Shown here: positions 18,931 to 29,003 of the stretch, in pieces | Layout: each line of letters begins with the position of its first letter | Position numbering within the stretch: the first letter of the stretch is position 1 | Source of the DNA: Pirellulaceae bacterium | GTDB taxonomy: Bacteria > Planctomycetota > Planctomycetia > Pirellulales > Pirellulaceae | NCBI GenBank assembly: GCA_049680365.1 | Contig: JBAUHQ010000291.1 | Span: forward strand, 22-64,021 | Direction: 5' to 3' | DNA length: 64,000 nucleotides | The notes under the pieces: generated by a model | The model's input: only the letters and a program-made list of their open reading frames with translations | Told to the model about the DNA's origin: nothing | The model's database searches: none | Position numbers and translations under genes: made by a program

Positions 18931-21900
18931 TTAATCGATGTAACGAAATTCGTTGCTGGACAGCAAGCCTTGGCATAAGCTTGCCCATGATTTTAATTGG
19001 CGTTGTTGTGACCGGCGCTGTTTTAGCCGGCGCTGATCGGATCTGTCACTCAAGTCAGCCAAAGACGCGTGAACGGTGTGGACGTGCTGCAGCGATTGGC
19101 TGATTTCATGTTCTGTGGGGTCGCGTCTCAAGATCGCGTGAAAAGCACGACGCACATTTTCGATTTCCGAAGACTCGTTTGATGGGATCAAACCAGACGC
19201 GAGGTGTTCGGATTGTTGCACCAGAAAATCACTGTTCAACAAGAATAACGCTTGAGTTGGCAACGTCGTTTCATTTCGTCTACCCGCAATCGAAACGCCA
19301 TCGGGTAGGTCAAACGCAACGAGGTCTTGCGGTGGGTCATGCCGCAACATGCAAAGATAGATGCTTCGATGATTGCAGGGTTGATGCAAGTTCGTCGCTT
19401 CGCCTGGTGGCCAATTGATGAGCTGTTCAGTCTTCTGAATCGGCGAGCCCTGACGCGGGGATCCATCCAGCGAACCACAAGCCGCTAAGACACTGTCACG
19501 AAGCGATTCCGCATCCAACCGCCTGATACTGTGTCGCGACAACCAAATATTGTCAGGATCAGAATCGACCGAACTCTCAGTGGCGCGACCACTGAGTTGA
19601 TAGGTACGCGACAACACAATGGCACGCACCAGCTGCTTGATAGACCAATCATTGTCAATCAGCCGCTGTGATAAATGATCCAATAGGTCAGGATGTGTTG
19701 GACGCGCACCGTAAACGCCGAAATCATCGGGTGTTGCGACAATTGGTTTTCCAAACAAGTGCATCCACACGCGATTGGCAATGACGCGGGACGTTTGAGG
19801 ATGCTGTGGCGATGTCAGCCATTTTGCTAACTGCAGACGGCCGCTGGACTTTTTGTCGATGGTTTCAATGGCTTGTTCTTCGATCATCGTATTGACTTTT
19901 CGGTAAATCGAAGGAAAACCGCGTGGAACACTGGGCCCCTTTTTGGCACCGTCACCGTCGATGTGGACCTTGCAGTCGACCGGAGTCGATTGGTCGCGAA
20001 CGCCCATCGCAAGAGAATGCGTCGCGGGTGTTTCTGCACGCGAGCGACCGGATGCATCGAATAATATTAATGCCTCGTTCGCTGTGAGTTCTCGGTCGTA
20101 GATCGACAACTGACCGATGTTCCCTTGCAAAGGAGCAAAACGATCACTCCGCGTCGCGAGATTAAATTGGGTTGATGAACCAAATGTGGCAGGCAGCGGA
20201 CCATCGATCTCCAATCGGCCATTCAAGTACACCCGTACGCTGTCACGCTGACGAATCAAAATGAGATGATTCCATGTTCCCTTGGGAATCACGGTGTCTC
20301 CCGCCAGAGAGACTTTACTTTTGTTGCCGTTGAAAACAAAAATCTTGCCAGTGCGTTGTTTGTCGTGCTGGCCACCGATCCCAATGTGATCCCCAGGCAA
20401 CGCTTTATCGTCAAGTTTCGCGCGTGAGAACAGGTAAGCGGTGATCGGTCGTGCGTCGTTATTCAATTCGTTCTTGAACCAAAACGCAACGCTGTAGTCA
20501 GTCGTCTGCTCAGGCAGAGTTCCGCTAACAATCGAATTCTTGAATGTCGCCCAGTTTTTTGAAGTAAGCTTCACGTCTTTGGAAAATTTGAGCGTGTCGA
20601 CTTTCTGCTCAAGCGTCGCCTGTAAGAACGGCTTCAATTCGCTTGTCGCAATCCAATAATCGTCGGGCAACGAAGGAGCGTCACCAGTGAGAGCCTTTTG
20701 TTTCGGTGGCGGTTTAGGGTTCCAATCCGGCTTCAGTTCATGCAGCGGAGTGGGCGGCGCGGTTAGCTTTTCGTTGCCCGCCAAGCCGTAAAGCGTTTCT
20801 GTGCTGGAGAAAATCCCAGCCAGAGCGTAGTAGTCACGCGTGGGGATGGGATCATGCTTATGGTCGTGACAGCGCGCACACGCCACGCTTAATCCCATCA
20901 CTGCGGTTGAAACAACGTTGATCTGATCATCAACAATGTCCATCGCAAAATTCTTGTTCATCGCCGCCGCCGGCTTGGGACCGATCGCCAGAAAACCCGT
21001 GGCCGTGAGTCGGCGGTTTCGTTCTTGTGCGCCCGTTGACGGTAACAAGTCGCCTGCGATCTGTTCGGTCAAGAATTCGTCATACGGCATATCGCTATTG
21101 ATGGAGCTGATCACGTAGTCGCGATAACGCCAAGCATGCGGGAACGTTGCATTTCGCCCCAAGCCATCGTCACCATTGGATTCGCCAAACCGCGCGACAT
21201 CCAGCCAGTGCCTTCCCCAACGTTCGCCGAACTCGGGTCGTTGCAACAAGGCATCCACCGTGCGCACCAAGCTACGACGAGCGTCCTTGGCGTAGTCGCT
21301 TGCAAACTGAGTGATCTCCTGGAGACTTGGTGGCAATCCGATCAGGTCGTAATAAAGTCGACGAATCAGAACATCTGGCACAGCGTCTTTGCTGACGGTC
21401 AATTCGTGGGCTTCGATCTGCGACAGCACAAACTGGTCGATGGGATCTCTCGGCCACGTTGGATCGCCCACCTTTGGCGTGAGGACATTGCTGCGAGGAT
21501 AAAACGACCACAACTGATCGGGATCCAATCGGGTCAGATCCGTCGACGGAGTTTTAGCCGGTTCCTTCGGTCGTGGATCAGGAGCACCACGACTTACCCA
21601 ACGCACAAAATCATTGACAACCTGTTCCGGAAGTGGCCCGCCGGGAGGCATTTCTAGGTCTTCGTAGCGTAACGCTTGGATCAGCAAGCTCTTGTCCGGC
21701 TCTCCAGCGACGATGGCGTGGCCCGATTCGCCGCCCAGCAGCAATGCTGATGGCTGGTCCAACATCAGATTGCCGCCAATTTCCTTTGCGTCGGACGCGT
21801 GACACTGGAAACAATGCTTAACCAAGACCGGCCGAATCTTTGTTTCAAAGAACACTCGATCTTCGGTCGACACCGAGTCGTCAGCACGCACCGTTCCACA

Positions 21901-21951
21901 CATCACCGAGATGACGCAGTTGAACAACAGAAGGAAGCGAACGAATCGCAT
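18931..21951 (-). CDS. PSCyt1 / DUF1549 / LamG-like / DUF1553 multidomain protein
   Basis: Signal peptide, then CFQCH (CxxCH). DUF1549-like and DUF1553-like segments are present (CARCHDHKHDPI; NRVWMHLFG). A concanavalin/LamG-like insert (WNHLILIRQRDSVRVYLNG) lies between them. The ATG at 21951 is preferred. Confidence 0.85.
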   Translation of the reverse strand: MRFVRFLLLFNCVISVMCGTVRADDSVSTEDRVFFETKIRPVLVKHCFQCHASDAKEIGGNLMLDQPSALLLGGESGHAIVAGEPDKSLLIQALRYEDLEMPPGGPLPEQVVNDFVRWVSRGAPDPRPKEPAKTPSTDLTRLDPDQLWSFYPRSNVLTPKVGDPTWPRDPIDQFVLSQIEAHELTVSKDAVPDVLIRRLYYDLIGLPPSLQEITQFASDYAKDARRSLVRTVDALLQRPEFGERWGRHWLDVARFGESNGDDGLGRNATFPHAWRYRDYVISSINSDMPYDEFLTEQIAGDLLPSTGAQERNRRLTATGFLAIGPKPAAAMNKNFAMDIVDDQINVVSTAVMGLSVACARCHDHKHDPIPTRDYYALAGIFSSTETLYGLAGNEKLTAPPTPLHELKPDWNPKPPPKQKALTGDAPSLPDDYWIATSELKPFLQATLEQKVDTLKFSKDVKLTSKNWATFKNSIVSGTLPEQTTDYSVAFWFKNELNNDARPITAYLFSRAKLDDKALPGDHIGIGGQHDKQRTGKIFVFNGNKSKVSLAGDTVIPKGTWNHLILIRQRDSVRVYLNGRLEIDGPLPATFGSSTQFNLATRSDRFAPLQGNIGQLSIYDRELTANEALILFDASGRSRAETPATHSLAMGVRDQSTPVDCKVHIDGDGAKKGPSVPRGFPSIYRKVNTMIEEQAIETIDKKSSGRLQLAKWLTSPQHPQTSRVIANRVWMHLFGKPIVATPDDFGVYGARPTHPDLLDHLSQRLIDNDWSIKQLVRAIVLSRTYQLSGRATESSVDSDPDNIWLSRHSIRRLDAESLRDSVLAACGSLDGSPRQGSPIQKTEQLINWPPGEATNLHQPCNHRSIYLCMLRHDPPQDLVAFDLPDGVSIAGRRNETTLPTQALFLLNSDFLVQQSEHLASGLIPSNESSEIENVRRAFHAILRRDPTEHEISQSLQHVHTVHASLADLSDRSDQRRLKQRRSQQRQLKSWASLCQGLLSSNEFRYID

Positions 21952-22422
21952 GCGGACACAATAGGCAGGGTTTGTCCAACGCAACACTGCAATGCACAGT
22001 CAAATTCGACAAACATGGAGGGAGACAGGCGGGGCAGCCATTATCGCACCGAAACTTCCTGCGTGCAACTTTGAGATTCACTTGGCTGCTGACAGCAAGT
22101 ATTCATCATTGCGATTGAAACGCCGATTGCACTTGATACGTGCCAAGAATTGCGAGACCATCGACAAACGACCGCCACGATTTTGGGTAAGCCGCTTGTT
22201 CATCCACGCCATGCGGGCAATCGGAAACGCCACAAAACGGCCTCACCGTAAAAGCCAGCGGCTTGTTTGCTTTGCCAGGAAAGAACGCTGTCCGCCGACG
22301 GCGACAATTGTTTGCCCAACAAACATGCTTTCGCAGTGTGAGTGCTTGCGAAGCGGGGCCGCTTGTCGGAACAATGAGATCGCTCTTGGCGATCCAGCTG
22401 GCAAATAACCATAAAAACCAAG

Positions 22423-22497
22423 GGTGAGTGAGGGGATTCGAACCCCCGACATTCGGTACCACAAACCGACGCTCTAACCAACTGAGCTACACCCACC
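22423..22497 (-). tRNA. tRNA-His (anticodon GTG)
   Basis: Folded by hand into a cloverleaf. The acceptor stem GTGGGTG/CACTCAC has one G-U pair. D arm is GCTC/GAGC, anticodon stem is TCGGT/ACCGA, anticodon loop is TTGTGGT, and T arm is GGGGG-TTCGAAT-CCCCT. An encoded G-1 opposes C73, which is the His identity element. CCA is not encoded. Confidence 0.9.
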
Positions 22498-22710
22498 GTG
22501 ATATTCTGCGGACGCTGACGACCGCAAGAAAACGAAATTTATCGCTCTCGCAGGATTGGGTCAACGGCCTGAAGGGCATCTTGGCGAGGCAAATGTCCCT
22601 TCAAAGCGTTCGGCGTGCTGACTTTGACGCCTAGAAGGCCTTTCCGGTTCACTTCGCGGCAATCAGATCCCGTTTTACCTGGTGGGTGACTATCCTGGCC
22701 GGCAGAGAAA

Positions 22711-22736
22711 CTGTCCTGCACAATCTGTCCTGCACA
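22711..22736. promoter_or_regulatory. Tandem 12-nt direct repeat, a possible operator
   Basis: ctgtcctgcaca-at-ctgtcctgcaca is a perfect repeat with a 14-nt period. It lies about 120 nt upstream of the ATG at 22853. Confidence 0.3.
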
Positions 22737-22852
22737 TCGTTCGCTGCCGTCGATTTCACAGGCAAACAGCAGGAAAACTCACATACGATTCCCTTCCAGG
22801 TGAACCTCCCGGGAGCCAAGTCGCGATTCAACACCTCCATCTTGATAGACTC

Positions 22853-23608
22853 ATGAGTAGCCGAAAAAAATCGCCTCCCAATCGAGGTTCGTCCAGGAGG
22901 GCTGACGAACAATCCGTTTCAAATCCTCCGACTGCATCAAAGAGACCGGTCGATACGGACCAAAATGAAACCGCACACAGACCGACGCCAATGGTCAAAC
23001 GACTGATTTCCGTTTTGCTGGTTTTTCATCTTTTGGCATTCGGCATGTCGATGGCTGCTGGGGTGGCGACGTCCGAAACGCAGCTGCGTTTGAACGGATT
23101 GCTTCGGCCCTACACCATGCCGACGCATTTTCGTACTCAAGGCGAACCTGTCTATTTGGCCACAGGCGACTTGAACGAAAGCCCACACCGATTGCAGGTG
23201 CTTCGCGTTTCAGCTGACGATGACAAAACCAGCGTGCTAAATCAAATCGAAACGAACTCTCAATGGGAGACGATCGCCCCGAAAGGAATCGCCGGGTTGG
23301 CATCCAATGACAGGTACGTGCGTTGGATATCGACCCTGGTCACGCTCGTTGAAAACGAATCGCCAAGTCTGGTGGCTGAATTATTGCTTCCGTTTGTGCG
23401 TGCTGACGATAGCATCAGCGCAGTGCGGATCATTCGCTTGCCAACGAACCTTTCACTGATCACCGATATCGATCCGACGACACAGTATGTAGCCGCTGTA
23501 TCGCGTGTGAACAACGCAGTGTCATTAGTTCAGATCAACGAACCAAGATTACGGACGATGCCGATCGGATCTAAGTCGACTCAAGGCAAGGAGGCTTCCA
23601 ATGAGTGA
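22853..23608 (+). CDS. Hypothetical membrane-anchored protein
   Basis: A basic, disordered N-terminus is followed by one TM helix (LISVLLVFHLLAFGMSMAAGV). I recognise no family. The stop overlaps the next start (ATGAGTGA). Confidence 0.55.
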   Translation: MSSRKKSPPNRGSSRRADEQSVSNPPTASKRPVDTDQNETAHRPTPMVKRLISVLLVFHLLAFGMSMAAGVATSETQLRLNGLLRPYTMPTHFRTQGEPVYLATGDLNESPHRLQVLRVSADDDKTSVLNQIETNSQWETIAPKGIAGLASNDRYVRWISTLVTLVENESPSLVAELLLPFVRADDSISAVRIIRLPTNLSLITDIDPTTQYVAAVSRVNNAVSLVQINEPRLRTMPIGSKSTQGKEASNE

Positions 23609-24512
23609 TTCGCATGGGAACGAACTGCACTTATCTGCCTGGGATCGATTTTGGTTTGCGCCCCAAGCACTGGGAATCGTCTCATTGCTACGTGGGTGTT
23701 TTTGCGCAATCACCGCGATCTATTTTTTAAGTTCATTGCCTGACGTCGCCGATTGGTACGGCGACAAGAGTGCGTTCTCGCAACACAATGTGGCGGAGTT
23801 TTTCGCAATCGCCGAACTGCAATCCGAAACGCGTTGGATACTCTCGCCCTTGTTCTGGATCGAGTCCGTTCTGGGGTCCAAAGCCTGGGTGCATTACTTG
23901 TACTTGATTGCCGGTGTTGCACTCTGCGCCGCGACGGCATTGGGGCGCGGTGGCCGGATCGTTCCGTGGGTACTTTGGATTGTCTTTGTGGGTTGGGCCA
24001 ACCGAATCCTGTTTCTTGCTGGCAGAACGGAAACGCTACTTAGTTTGTGCCTATTCGCGTGCGCGATCGCGCCGGTGGCGAGTGCTTGGCGAGCCGGTAG
24101 CAATGGCAAGAAACACTGGCTGGCAGGCTTCGCGATCCGATTGCTTTCCGTACAGGTCACGATCTACGGAATCTTGATGTGTGCCTTGATGCTTTCCCAA
24201 GACGTCTGGTGGAACGGCGTGGGGTCGGTTGCATTGGCGGCCCCAGTCGAAGATCGAACGATCGACATGACGGGTATCCTGTCGACCGTATTTATTCGCG
24301 ATGTGCTGACGCACTTTCTGGTGCTAGCGTTGCCGCTGGGACTCTGGCTGGCCTGGAGAAACACGGGCGAATCATTGTGGCCAACTCGCGTTGGCGTTGG
24401 CCTGTTGATTGCTTGGTCAGTCGTCGTTGCCGTACTGGGCTCTCACTGGTTATTCGCAACGGTTTTTGCCACCGCTTGCCTTTCGCTTTCCTGCCAACGT
24501 CGATCAGGTTAA
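23601..24512 (+). CDS. Polytopic membrane protein, weakly HTTM-like
   Basis: 303 aa with several predicted TM helices. The N-terminal WDRFWFAPQALGIVSLLRG resembles the start of HTTM domains. It is translationally coupled to the upstream gene. Confidence 0.55.
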   Translation: MSDSHGNELHLSAWDRFWFAPQALGIVSLLRGCFCAITAIYFLSSLPDVADWYGDKSAFSQHNVAEFFAIAELQSETRWILSPLFWIESVLGSKAWVHYLYLIAGVALCAATALGRGGRIVPWVLWIVFVGWANRILFLAGRTETLLSLCLFACAIAPVASAWRAGSNGKKHWLAGFAIRLLSVQVTIYGILMCALMLSQDVWWNGVGSVALAAPVEDRTIDMTGILSTVFIRDVLTHFLVLALPLGLWLAWRNTGESLWPTRVGVGLLIAWSVVVAVLGSHWLFATVFATACLSLSCQRRSG

Positions 24513-24540
24513 AGCACCCTCAACGGATCACAGGACGGGA

Positions 24541-25539
24541 TCAAGCTGTTGCGACGATGCTTTGGTAGTAGTCGATGCTTTGACGAAGTCCTGCGTCCAT
24601 GTTCACGGTCGGTTCGTATTGCAACCGGGTGCGTGCTTGCGTGATATCGGCTAGCGAATCACGGACGTCACCATCGCGTTTGGGTTCATGAATCGGCTCG
24701 ATCTCTTTGCCCAGAATGTTACTCAGCGTACTGAGAAGCTCCAGCAGTGTCGTTCGTTCTCCCCGTCCAATGTTGAAGATGCCACCAGCAACGTTTGGCA
24801 TCGTCGCGGCAAGCATATTTGCCAACGCAACGTCTTGCACATAAACGAAATCGCGGGACTGATTGCCATCGCCGTAAATGATGGGGCGTTCGCCTGAAAG
24901 AATCATCGAAACGAAACGAGGAATCACGGCGCTGTATTCGCTCTGCGGATCTTGCCGGGGGCCAAAGACATTGAAGTAACGCAGAATAACGGTCTCCAAA
25001 CCAAAGCCGCGATGAAACGCTTGCAGATACGATTCGGCCGCCAATTTTGCCGCAGCGTATGGCGAAAGCGGACCGACCGGATCAGTCTCCCGTTTTGACA
25101 CGAACGGGGAATCTCCGTATGCCGCGCTGGTGGACGCCAAAACGAAACGCTGAACTTTGCCTGCAGCACTCGCGTTAAGTAACTCAACCGTACTGGTGGT
25201 GCACCATGCGTGGCACAGCGCCGGTTCACGCATTGACCGCGGCACGCTAGCCATCGCGGCATGGTGAAAGACGAAGTCAATATCTTTCATGACTTGGCCT
25301 ACCACTGCTGAATCCGCTGCGTCACCGTTGACGATCTCAACTTTCGAGCTACCAACGAGGTGCTGCAAGTTGGTTTCAAAACCGGTGCTGAAGTTGTCCA
25401 ATACCCGTACGGTTGATCCTTGTGACAGTAAAGCATCGACCAATGTAGATCCGATGAATCCCGCGCCGCCAGTAACTAGGCATCGCTTGCCCTTGAGTGG
25501 GGTAGATTCGGTAGGTAGCAAATAGTCGCGTTGCGTCAT
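24541..25539 (-). CDS. NAD-dependent nucleotide-sugar epimerase/dehydratase (WbpP/TviC-like)
   Basis: RCLVTGGAGFIGS, SPYAAAKL (YxxxK) and the overall SDR-extended layout. Confidence 0.85.
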   Translation of the reverse strand: MTQRDYLLPTESTPLKGKRCLVTGGAGFIGSTLVDALLSQGSTVRVLDNFSTGFETNLQHLVGSSKVEIVNGDAADSAVVGQVMKDIDFVFHHAAMASVPRSMREPALCHAWCTTSTVELLNASAAGKVQRFVLASTSAAYGDSPFVSKRETDPVGPLSPYAAAKLAAESYLQAFHRGFGLETVILRYFNVFGPRQDPQSEYSAVIPRFVSMILSGERPIIYGDGNQSRDFVYVQDVALANMLAATMPNVAGGIFNIGRGERTTLLELLSTLSNILGKEIEPIHEPKRDGDVRDSLADITQARTRLQYEPTVNMDAGLRQSIDYYQSIVATA

Positions 25540-25716
25540 GGTGGAAAGCCTTAAAAGAGAGTCTCAATTTGGCGAGACTGTATCAGCAATTACACCCTGA
25601 TTCTGCGCTGGTTTTCACCGGCCGTTTCGTTTAAACCCAGAAAACAGGCTGTTTTGGAGAAAAAAGACAAACGCAAACCGTGCTTTTTTCGCATTGATCG
25701 TTCGAAACGACCCTAA

Positions 25717-25888
25717 CCCGGATATTGCATGTAGGCCGGACCAATGTCGATTGAACAATGCCGTAGCGGCGCAAACCAATCCACTGGAATACACACTGTC
25801 GTTACGAGTTGTCTACAGACATCGACCGAAGTTCCGGCACGCAAAGGGTTTGCTCGATACGGCCTACAATGGGAGTGCAATATCCGGG
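25717..25888. repeat. Interrupted 22-bp inverted repeat (long hairpin) in an intercistronic gap
   Basis: cccggatattgca (25717-25729) pairs with tgcaatatccggg (25876-25888). tgtaggccg (25730-25738) pairs with cggcctaca (25860-25868). A 7-nt asymmetric bulge lies at 25869-25875. Confidence 0.7.
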
Positions 25889-25896
25889 CTAAGCCG

Positions 25897-27399
25897 TTAC
25901 GGTGTCTGGTCGACCGTTTCAGTGTCTTGCTTTGCGGCAGTGCGATGTGCTTCGGCAAGATCGGGCTCACCCATTTCGTCGTAGCAAACGGCCAAGGATT
26001 CGTGAGCGTTCCTCGCGAGCGACGGAACTATCAAGGCACGCTCAAGGTCGGGGATCGCCTTGAGATACTCTTTCAGACGAAAAAGGATTTGGCCTCGAGT
26101 TTCAAAGAAGTGAGGGGTTGGGCTTGGTGTTTGTTCGATTGCCAAATTTGAAATCTTCAACGCTTGTTCCAAATCAGCGTCGGGACGCATCGCCAATGCG
26201 ACGGCCAAATTGTTCAGAATCGCTGCACTGCGTGGCATCAATTCGGCGGCAATCTTCAAGTGCAATGTCGCCTTCCCAAGGTCATCGTTCATCAATGCAG
26301 TGGTGCCTTGTAGAAAATGCGCGATACCTGGCGATGTGCCTTCAATAAGGGATTGCCGAATGGCATCGACCTCTTCGTCTTCATTACCGATTGTGTCCAG
26401 AACCTTGTCGGCAACGAGCGTCAGCACGCGTGGGTTTTGCGGTGCGTATCGCAGTGCGGTTTCCAGCATTTTCAATACACGCAGTCGGTCCTTCGTCGTC
26501 TTTTGCGATGCTTTTTCGATATAATCGACCCATGCGACGATCGCTTCACCCATTGATTGGTTGAGACGAATTTTGTTTTCATTCGACTTGGCCAACTTGA
26601 TTGCGCCATCTAGGACTCGGACGGCATCTTCATACCGACTTAAGAAGACTTGGTTTTGTGCAACTGCCTGTGCGAGATCCGCATTCGTTGGATCTTCGCT
26701 AAGCATGTCGGCCACTTTCTCCAAAGTCTTTTCGGCTAACAGATCTGCTTGCGAAAAATTTCCGAGCCGGCGGCAAATAGCAGCGGCTTGTAGCCCGCGC
26801 ATCGGCTGATAGCGGGCGAGGTCTTCCAAAAGCGGAACCGCCTCTGTCAACCGTTCCGATGCAATCAGATAGTCAGCATAGAGTTGCTTGACGCCTATTT
26901 CGTCAGGTTTCGCCTCGTTGACCAGTTTTAGTAATTGTCCGAATTCCAGTTTCTGGGCATCGTCTAACTCGACCCAAGACTTGCCAATGTATTGATCGCG
27001 AAGCAGCCATTCAGCCGATGGTGCGTGCTTTTTCACCGTTACCAACTGCCGCATCAATTCCAGAGCTTCATCATGCTGTTCTTGAGCGTCGCGTGCGATC
27101 GCCAGGCGATAGATCAAACGCATGTCGTCAGGTCGCGTCGAAAGCTGGCGGCGAATCACCAACTCAGCGGTCACAAAATCGTCGCGTTCCCACGCATCAG
27201 CTAACTGCGAGTCAAGTAACCCATTTCGCCATTGCGAAGCTCCTGACAGCGAAATGGCACCAGCAACGGTCAAAAACGCCATCAAAACAATGAAGGGGAT
27301 CGCTTTGGGGGCGTCACTCCATGGCGCAGAAACCGCCCACAAGTAAACGAATTCGCCAAACCAACGCATCCATGCAAGTGGGTTGAAATAGCGAAGCAT
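25897..27399 (-). CDS. TPR-repeat protein with an N-terminal membrane anchor
   Basis: 500 aa. A hydrophobic segment (IPFIVLMAFLTVAGAISL) is followed by repeated A..Y/L...G 34-aa-type helical repeats. Confidence 0.7.
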   Translation of the reverse strand: MLRYFNPLAWMRWFGEFVYLWAVSAPWSDAPKAIPFIVLMAFLTVAGAISLSGASQWRNGLLDSQLADAWERDDFVTAELVIRRQLSTRPDDMRLIYRLAIARDAQEQHDEALELMRQLVTVKKHAPSAEWLLRDQYIGKSWVELDDAQKLEFGQLLKLVNEAKPDEIGVKQLYADYLIASERLTEAVPLLEDLARYQPMRGLQAAAICRRLGNFSQADLLAEKTLEKVADMLSEDPTNADLAQAVAQNQVFLSRYEDAVRVLDGAIKLAKSNENKIRLNQSMGEAIVAWVDYIEKASQKTTKDRLRVLKMLETALRYAPQNPRVLTLVADKVLDTIGNEDEEVDAIRQSLIEGTSPGIAHFLQGTTALMNDDLGKATLHLKIAAELMPRSAAILNNLAVALAMRPDADLEQALKISNLAIEQTPSPTPHFFETRGQILFRLKEYLKAIPDLERALIVPSLARNAHESLAVCYDEMGEPDLAEAHRTAAKQDTETVDQTP

Positions 27400-27526
27400 G
27401 AGACAGATTGATTCGGTGAGTAGGTGCGATAGACGAATGTCTACATTGTTGTCTGTATAGCTAACCGCGTGAAGCGTGAAAGTCGAGATTCAACACGAGC
27501 ACGAAGGTTTGACGGCACAATACAGC

Positions 27527-28942
27527 CTAAAACCCAATACCAAAGTACCTAAATCCTCGCTCCGAGAGCCCAGACTGTTTCAGCAAGTTGCGCCCATCGA
27601 AGACAAATGCCGGTTGTTTCATCCGTTGGTGGATCTTATCAAAATCACAGTCCTTGAACGCATCCCATTCCGTCATCACGGCAATAGCGTGCGCGTCGTC
27701 AGCTGCATCAGCACAACTTTTAGCGAACTGAATATTGTTGTCTAGAAGTTCGCGTTTGGTCGCATTGAGTTCGCCGTTTTCGTCCTGCATTACGTATTCC
27801 AACGCAGATCGGATTTGATCAGGCTTGACCTGTGGGTCGTAGATCGCAAGTTTTGCTTTCTCCAATAGCAGGTCCCGACAAACGTAGATCGCTGCCGATT
27901 CACGCGTGTCATTCGTGTCCTTCTTGAACGCGAACCCCCAAACTGCAATGCGTTTGTCTGACACGGTGTTGAACATCGTTCGCACCATCCGATTAACGAA
28001 TCGCTGTTTCTGGTGGTCATTCATCGTGACTACCTGCTCCCAGTACTGGGCGACTTCCGGCAGCCCGAAGTATTCGCAGAGATAGACCAGATTCAGGATA
28101 TCCTTTTGGAAACAGCTACCCCCAAAACCGACGGAGGCTTTCAAGAATTTCGGACCAATTCGCGAGTCAGTTCCGATGGCTCTAGAGACCTCGTCTACAT
28201 CTGCACCTGTCGCTTCGCAGAGTGCTGAGATGGCATTGATTGACGACACGCGTTGCGCCAAGAATGCATTCGCAGTCAATTTCGACAGTTCGCTACTCCA
28301 GATATTGGTCGTCAGCAATCGATCGCGGGGAACCCAGTTCGCGTAGACTTCGACAAGCGAGTTAATCGCGTCATCGTTTTCTCCACCGATCAACACGCGG
28401 TCGGGCAAAACCAAATCGTCAATCGCGGTGCCTTCGGCCAAAAATTCTGGGTTGCTGAGAACGTCGAATGAGGCTCCAGTGGTGGAGTTTGCAAGAATCG
28501 TCTTTACAGCTTCGGCGGTGCGAACGGGAAGAGTCGATTTTTCTACAACGATCTTGTATCCCTCAGATACGTCGGCGATTTTCCGAGCGCATTTTTCAAC
28601 AAACTCTAGATTAGCGGCTCGTCCCGCTCCGACTCCAAATGTTTTTGTTGGCGTGTTGACCGAAATGAAAACCATATCCGCTTGGCGAATGGTTTCGTCG
28701 ACGTCTGTCGTGAAGGTTAAGTTGCGTCCACGACACTCGGTAACAATTTCGTGCAATCCAGGTTCGTAGATCGGAAGTTCATCGGAGTTCCATTCGTCGA
28801 TCCGTTGTTGATTGATGTCAACAACAGTCACTTGAATGTGCGGGCACTTTTTGGCAATCATCGCCATGGTTGGACCGCCGACGTAGCCCGCTCCGATACA
28901 ACAGATTTTTTTGACGACTAACGGTGAAGATTTTTTGAGCAT
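27527..28942 (-). CDS. ugd: UDP-glucose 6-dehydrogenase
   Basis: [16 protein letters not shown] and [10 protein letters not shown] (catalytic Cys motif), with a eukaryote-like long form. The ATG at 28942 is chosen because the longer ORF would overlap the next gene. Confidence 0.9.
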   Translation of the reverse strand: MLKKSSPLVVKKICCIGAGYVGGPTMAMIAKKCPHIQVTVVDINQQRIDEWNSDELPIYEPGLHEIVTECRGRNLTFTTDVDETIRQADMVFISVNTPTKTFGVGAGRAANLEFVEKCARKIADVSEGYKIVVEKSTLPVRTAEAVKTILANSTTGASFDVLSNPEFLAEGTAIDDLVLPDRVLIGGENDDAINSLVEVYANWVPRDRLLTTNIWSSELSKLTANAFLAQRVSSINAISALCEATGADVDEVSRAIGTDSRIGPKFLKASVGFGGSCFQKDILNLVYLCEYFGLPEVAQYWEQVVTMNDHQKQRFVNRMVRTMFNTVSDKRIAVWGFAFKKDTNDTRESAAIYVCRDLLLEKAKLAIYDPQVKPDQIRSALEYVMQDENGELNATKRELLDNNIQFAKSCADAADDAHAIAVMTEWDAFKDCDFDKIHQRMKQPAFVFDGRNLLKQSGLSERGFRYFGIGF

Positions 28943-29003
28943 AAGAAAATTAAAGACGGTGCTAAGCGAACAAAAAAAATGCGAGCGTTGGAGGTTGACG
29001 ATT

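Noticed and set aside
21992-22408. 138-aa ORF between the DUF1553 operon and tRNA-His
   Set aside because: Its composition is Arg/Cys/Ala-rich and it has no signal or motif. The region is more plausibly the promoter/leader and tRNA downstream region.
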